61,995 nucleotides of DNA from the NCBI GenBank assembly GCA_937132035.1, contig CAKZOA010000022.1, positions 1-61,995 on the forward strand, read 5' to 3'. This document shows, piece by piece, positions 58,712-61,995 of this stretch. The translations under genes and the position numbers were made by a program. The first letter of the stretch is position 1, and each line of letters starts with the position of its first letter. The notes under the pieces were generated by a model that had not been told where the DNA came from, ran no database searches, and worked only from the letters and a program-made list of their open reading frames with translations. The DNA comes from an uncultured Desulfobulbaceae bacterium. Its GTDB lineage: Bacteria > Desulfobacterota > Desulfobulbia > Desulfobulbales > Desulfocapsaceae.

Positions 58712-61630
58712 ATGACTCATGAAATCGGCAACAGCTACCACGGCTTCACACTGAAACATCACCAGCATATCGAAGAGATCCACGCGGATGTCTATCTCTT
58801 CCGTCACGACATCCTCGACTGCCCTCTTTTCGCCATTAAAAATGGCGACGCCAATAAAACCTTCGCCGTCTCTTTCAATACCATACCCACCGATTCCACG
58901 GGTGTCGCCCATATCCTCGAACACTCCGTTCTCATGGGCTCGAAGAAATATCCGGTAAAAGACGTCTTCGGAGAAATCAATAAAGGCGGGCTGACCACCT
59001 TTCTCAACGCCATGACCGGTTCCGACATAACCTATTATCCCTTTGCCACCAGAAATATCAAAGAATACTTCAACATCATGGACGTCTACTGCGATGTTGT
59101 CTTCAACCCGCAGCTTCTGCGCACTACCTTCGAACAGGAGGGATGGCACTATCATAAGGAATCGCGGGACGCCGAGCTGCAGTTTCAAGGGGTCGTCTAC
59201 AACGAGATGAAAGGCGCCTTCTCCGACCCCATCCGCCTCATCTTCCATCACATATTCGGCGGCCTCATGCCAGGCTCCACCTACGCCCATGAGTCCGGTG
59301 GCGATCCCAGATATATTCCTGATCTCTCTTATGAAGAATTCTGCCGCTTTCACAGGCATCACTATCATCCCTCCAACTCCACCTTCTTTCTTTATGGTAA
59401 CGCCGATCTTGACCAGGAACTCGACTTTCTCCAGTCGCGATTTCTCAAAGAGTACGGTGAAGGTATGGAGCGGCGCACCATCGACGAAGGCAGACTGATC
59501 TCCACGCCCACCTTTGTTGAGGACAGCTACGGCGTCGAATCGGAGGACATCAGCGGCAAAACCTTTATCGCCGTCGGCACCTCGGTGGCCACCGTCGAGA
59601 ACCGACTCCAGAGCGCAGCCTTCCAGGTCATAGCCAACATTCTCTACAACTCTGACGGCTCACCGTTGAAAAACGCAATAATTTCCGGTGAGATGTGTAA
59701 GGACTTCGGCGGCTTCTATCTCTCATCTTCTTCGTTTCGCACCTTCATGATCAGCTACCTTGTCGGCAGCGAGGCAGACAGGCGCGACGAGTTTCTCGAC
59801 CTCTATAACTCCACCCTCGAGTCCATGGCCAAAGAAGGGCTCGACCGGGAACTGGTTATCTCCGAGTTGAACAAATTTGAGTTTTCCGCGCGCGAGGAGG
59901 CCTCCAAGGCCCAGCGCGGCCTCGATCTGATCGGCAAGGCCATGGCGGCTTTTAAATACGGGACAGACCCCTTCGAGCATCTTGTCAACGAAGAGCTGAT
60001 CAAAACACTGCGACGTAAGGCCCTTGAAGAAGACTATCTTGAAGAACTCATCAAAGAATACCTGCTCAATAACGATGCCACCGTTGTCGTCACCCTTACG
60101 CCGGATCCGCTAAAAGGCGCTCAGACCTTCAAGGAGGAACAGCAGCGGCTGGAGGAGTTCAGCACAACCCTCGACGGTGAAAAAGAACGCGAGCTTGTTG
60201 CCAGGACGAAGGAGCTCATGCAGCTGCAGATAGCCCCCAATGACGAAGAAACCCTGGAGAAGTTGCCCCGTCTGGAAATCGACGACCTGCCGACCTCCGT
60301 TGACTTTCACTCCGTGAAGCCCTCCGAGTTGTTCGGCCGCAAAGTTCTGATAAGTGAGATGCTGACCAATCGCATAAGCTATATGGATATCGGTTTTGAT
60401 TTTTCGGCGGTTCCCGCCAGGCTGCTGCCCTGGCTCGATCTTTTTGGCACCATCATCACCGAAATAGGCACGGCGAAGATGAACTACATGCAGTTCGCCA
60501 AGGAAATCGCCACCTGCACCGGCAGCTTCTCCCACTCCGTCAACACCTACAGGCGCAAAGGGGATTCTGACACCATCCAACCGATCTTCTGGCTGCATGC
60601 CAAATGCCTGCCGGACTACATCGAAAGGACGCTCTCTCTCATCAAAGACGTACTTGCCAACCCCTCGCTTGCCGACCGCAAGAGAATCAGGGAAATTGTC
60701 GGACGTGAATTCGCCTGGGCTGAACATTCGGCCCAGAGTGAAGGCTATAACCTGCCGAGCATACGGGTTTTTGCCCATCTGAGTCTTCCCGGCTATTACA
60801 ACGAGTTGATCAATGGCGTCACCGCCTATCGGGCTCTGAAACACCTGACCACACAGTATGGGGACGAGGAAGAGTCTTTTCTCCAGGGACTTCAGGAGCT
60901 GGCCGCCCTGCTCTTCAATCGCCGCAACCTGGTACTCGGTATCGCCGGCGAAGAGTCGGAAATTAGGACCTTTTCCGAAACGGCAGACTGCATCGTCGAA
61001 AGCCTGCCGGAAAAACCTACCCAGTCCGCCGACATCGAAATTGCCGCGCTGCCTGCCCATGAAGCCTTCATCACCTCCGCCGAAGTTGTCTTTGCCGTCC
61101 AGGGCGGACAGTTGCTGCCGGAGGGGCGCGGCTACAACGGTCACCTGGAAGTACTCAAGACCTATCTCTCCCGCGACTATCTGTGGAACACTGTCCGTCA
61201 GATGGGCGGCGCCTACGGTTGCTTCGTCCAGTTCAGCAACATCACCGGCAACCTGGCCTTTATCAGCTATCGCGATCCGCAGGTGAAAAAGACATACGAG
61301 GCCTACGACCGGGTGGCCGAGGTGGTGGATAATCTCAACCTTTCCGACAAGGTGCTGCAGCAGCTCATCATCGGCACCTACGGCAATTTCGATCCGCACC
61401 AGAGCCCCTCGGCACGAGCGGCCACTGCCAGAAACGAATACTTCAGCGGTATTACACCCGAGTTCAAGCAACAACGGCTCAAGGAAATCACCGCCACCAC
61501 CCTGGACGATCTCCGCTCTTTCGCCCCGGCATTCGAGCGTATGCTGGCACATTCCTATCGAGCCATCATCGGCAACCGCTCCAAGATCGAAGGCGGTAAC
61601 GAGCTGTTCAACGTCATGTCGGAGTTATAG
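58712..61630 (+). CDS. M16C (PreP/insulinase-family) zinc metallopeptidase
   Basis: TGVAHILEHSVL, FLNAMT, GVVYNEMKG, RQMGGAYG, SYRDP. Confidence 0.93.
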   Translation: MTHEIGNSYHGFTLKHHQHIEEIHADVYLFRHDILDCPLFAIKNGDANKTFAVSFNTIPTDSTGVAHILEHSVLMGSKKYPVKDVFGEINKGGLTTFLNAMTGSDITYYPFATRNIKEYFNIMDVYCDVVFNPQLLRTTFEQEGWHYHKESRDAELQFQGVVYNEMKGAFSDPIRLIFHHIFGGLMPGSTYAHESGGDPRYIPDLSYEEFCRFHRHHYHPSNSTFFLYGNADLDQELDFLQSRFLKEYGEGMERRTIDEGRLISTPTFVEDSYGVESEDISGKTFIAVGTSVATVENRLQSAAFQVIANILYNSDGSPLKNAIISGEMCKDFGGFYLSSSSFRTFMISYLVGSEADRRDEFLDLYNSTLESMAKEGLDRELVISELNKFEFSAREEASKAQRGLDLIGKAMAAFKYGTDPFEHLVNEELIKTLRRKALEEDYLEELIKEYLLNNDATVVVTLTPDPLKGAQTFKEEQQRLEEFSTTLDGEKERELVARTKELMQLQIAPNDEETLEKLPRLEIDDLPTSVDFHSVKPSELFGRKVLISEMLTNRISYMDIGFDFSAVPARLLPWLDLFGTIITEIGTAKMNYMQFAKEIATCTGSFSHSVNTYRRKGDSDTIQPIFWLHAKCLPDYIERTLSLIKDVLANPSLADRKRIREIVGREFAWAEHSAQSEGYNLPSIRVFAHLSLPGYYNELINGVTAYRALKHLTTQYGDEEESFLQGLQELAALLFNRRNLVLGIAGEESEIRTFSETADCIVESLPEKPTQSADIEIAALPAHEAFITSAEVVFAVQGGQLLPEGRGYNGHLEVLKTYLSRDYLWNTVRQMGGAYGCFVQFSNITGNLAFISYRDPQVKKTYEAYDRVAEVVDNLNLSDKVLQQLIIGTYGNFDPHQSPSARAATARNEYFSGITPEFKQQRLKEITATTLDDLRSFAPAFERMLAHSYRAIIGNRSKIEGGNELFNVMSEL

Positions 61631-61632
61631 CC

Positions 61633-61995
61633 ATGAGCAGCGATAGATTTGACCGCAAGGCACGGGAGTGGGATAAAAAAGCCGTGCGCCGGGAACTGGC
61701 CGCGGCGGTTTCGGCAGCCATAGCCCGGCTGGGGCTCGCTCCGGCGATGCGAATCATGGACTTCGGCTGCGGCACCGGGCTTGTCAGTCTGCCTCTGGCA
61801 GAAAAGGTTGGCCACATCCTGGCGCTGGACTCATCGGCGGGCATGATCGAGGTTGTCGAAGACAAGCTTACAAACCAGCGGATCGGCAATGTCGAGGCCC
61901 GATGCGCCGATATTATCACCGCCGATCTGCCCAACGATTTCGATCTTATCCTCACATCCATGACCCTGCATCACATTGAAAACATCGACCCGGTT
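61633..61995 (+). CDS. Class I SAM-dependent methyltransferase (3' end truncated by the window)
   Basis: MSSDRFDRKAREWD...IMDFGCGTG...ALDSSAGM...FDLILTSMTLHHI. Open to the end of the window. Confidence 0.88.
   Translation, partial: MSSDRFDRKAREWDKKAVRRELAAAVSAAIARLGLAPAMRIMDFGCGTGLVSLPLAEKVGHILALDSSAGMIEVVEDKLTNQRIGNVEARCADIITADLPNDFDLILTSMTLHHIENIDPV

Overview
A 62 kb chromosomal window from a moderately GC-rich anaerobic bacterium. The gene content (Hdr/Mvh, many sigma54 two-component systems, HesB-like protein, rubrerythrin, hemerythrin) suggests Desulfobacterota, probably Desulfobulbales; this assignment is an inference. No CRISPR array, integrase or transposase was seen. There are two different group-3c-like [NiFe]-hydrogenase loci. 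The first is a metabolic hdrA-hdrC-hdrB-mvhD-mvhG-mvhA-protease operon with an extra FrhB-family gene (6.6-14.7 kb). The second has no Hdr or MvhD and reads V4R / small subunit / large subunit / ferredoxin / V4R / protease (42.5-46.6 kb). It lies divergent from a PAS-GAF-PAS kinase and a sigma54 activator. These are followed by a clear -24/-12 promoter driving a REC-DUF4388-Roadblock fusion, then a second, convergent Roadblock gene. This second locus is the best candidate for an undescribed system: a putative H2/redox-sensing hydrogenase linked to a Roadblock (MglB-like) output. Other notable items are a P3-less Moco/Tuco riboswitch in front of moaA, a TaoR-like Mo/W regulator, tRNA-Gly(GCC), a dispersed ~65-90 bp hairpin repeat, a class II photolyase, and a REC-PPDK_N pseudo-PEP-synthase. 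All calls come from motif recognition by eye; no database searches were run.
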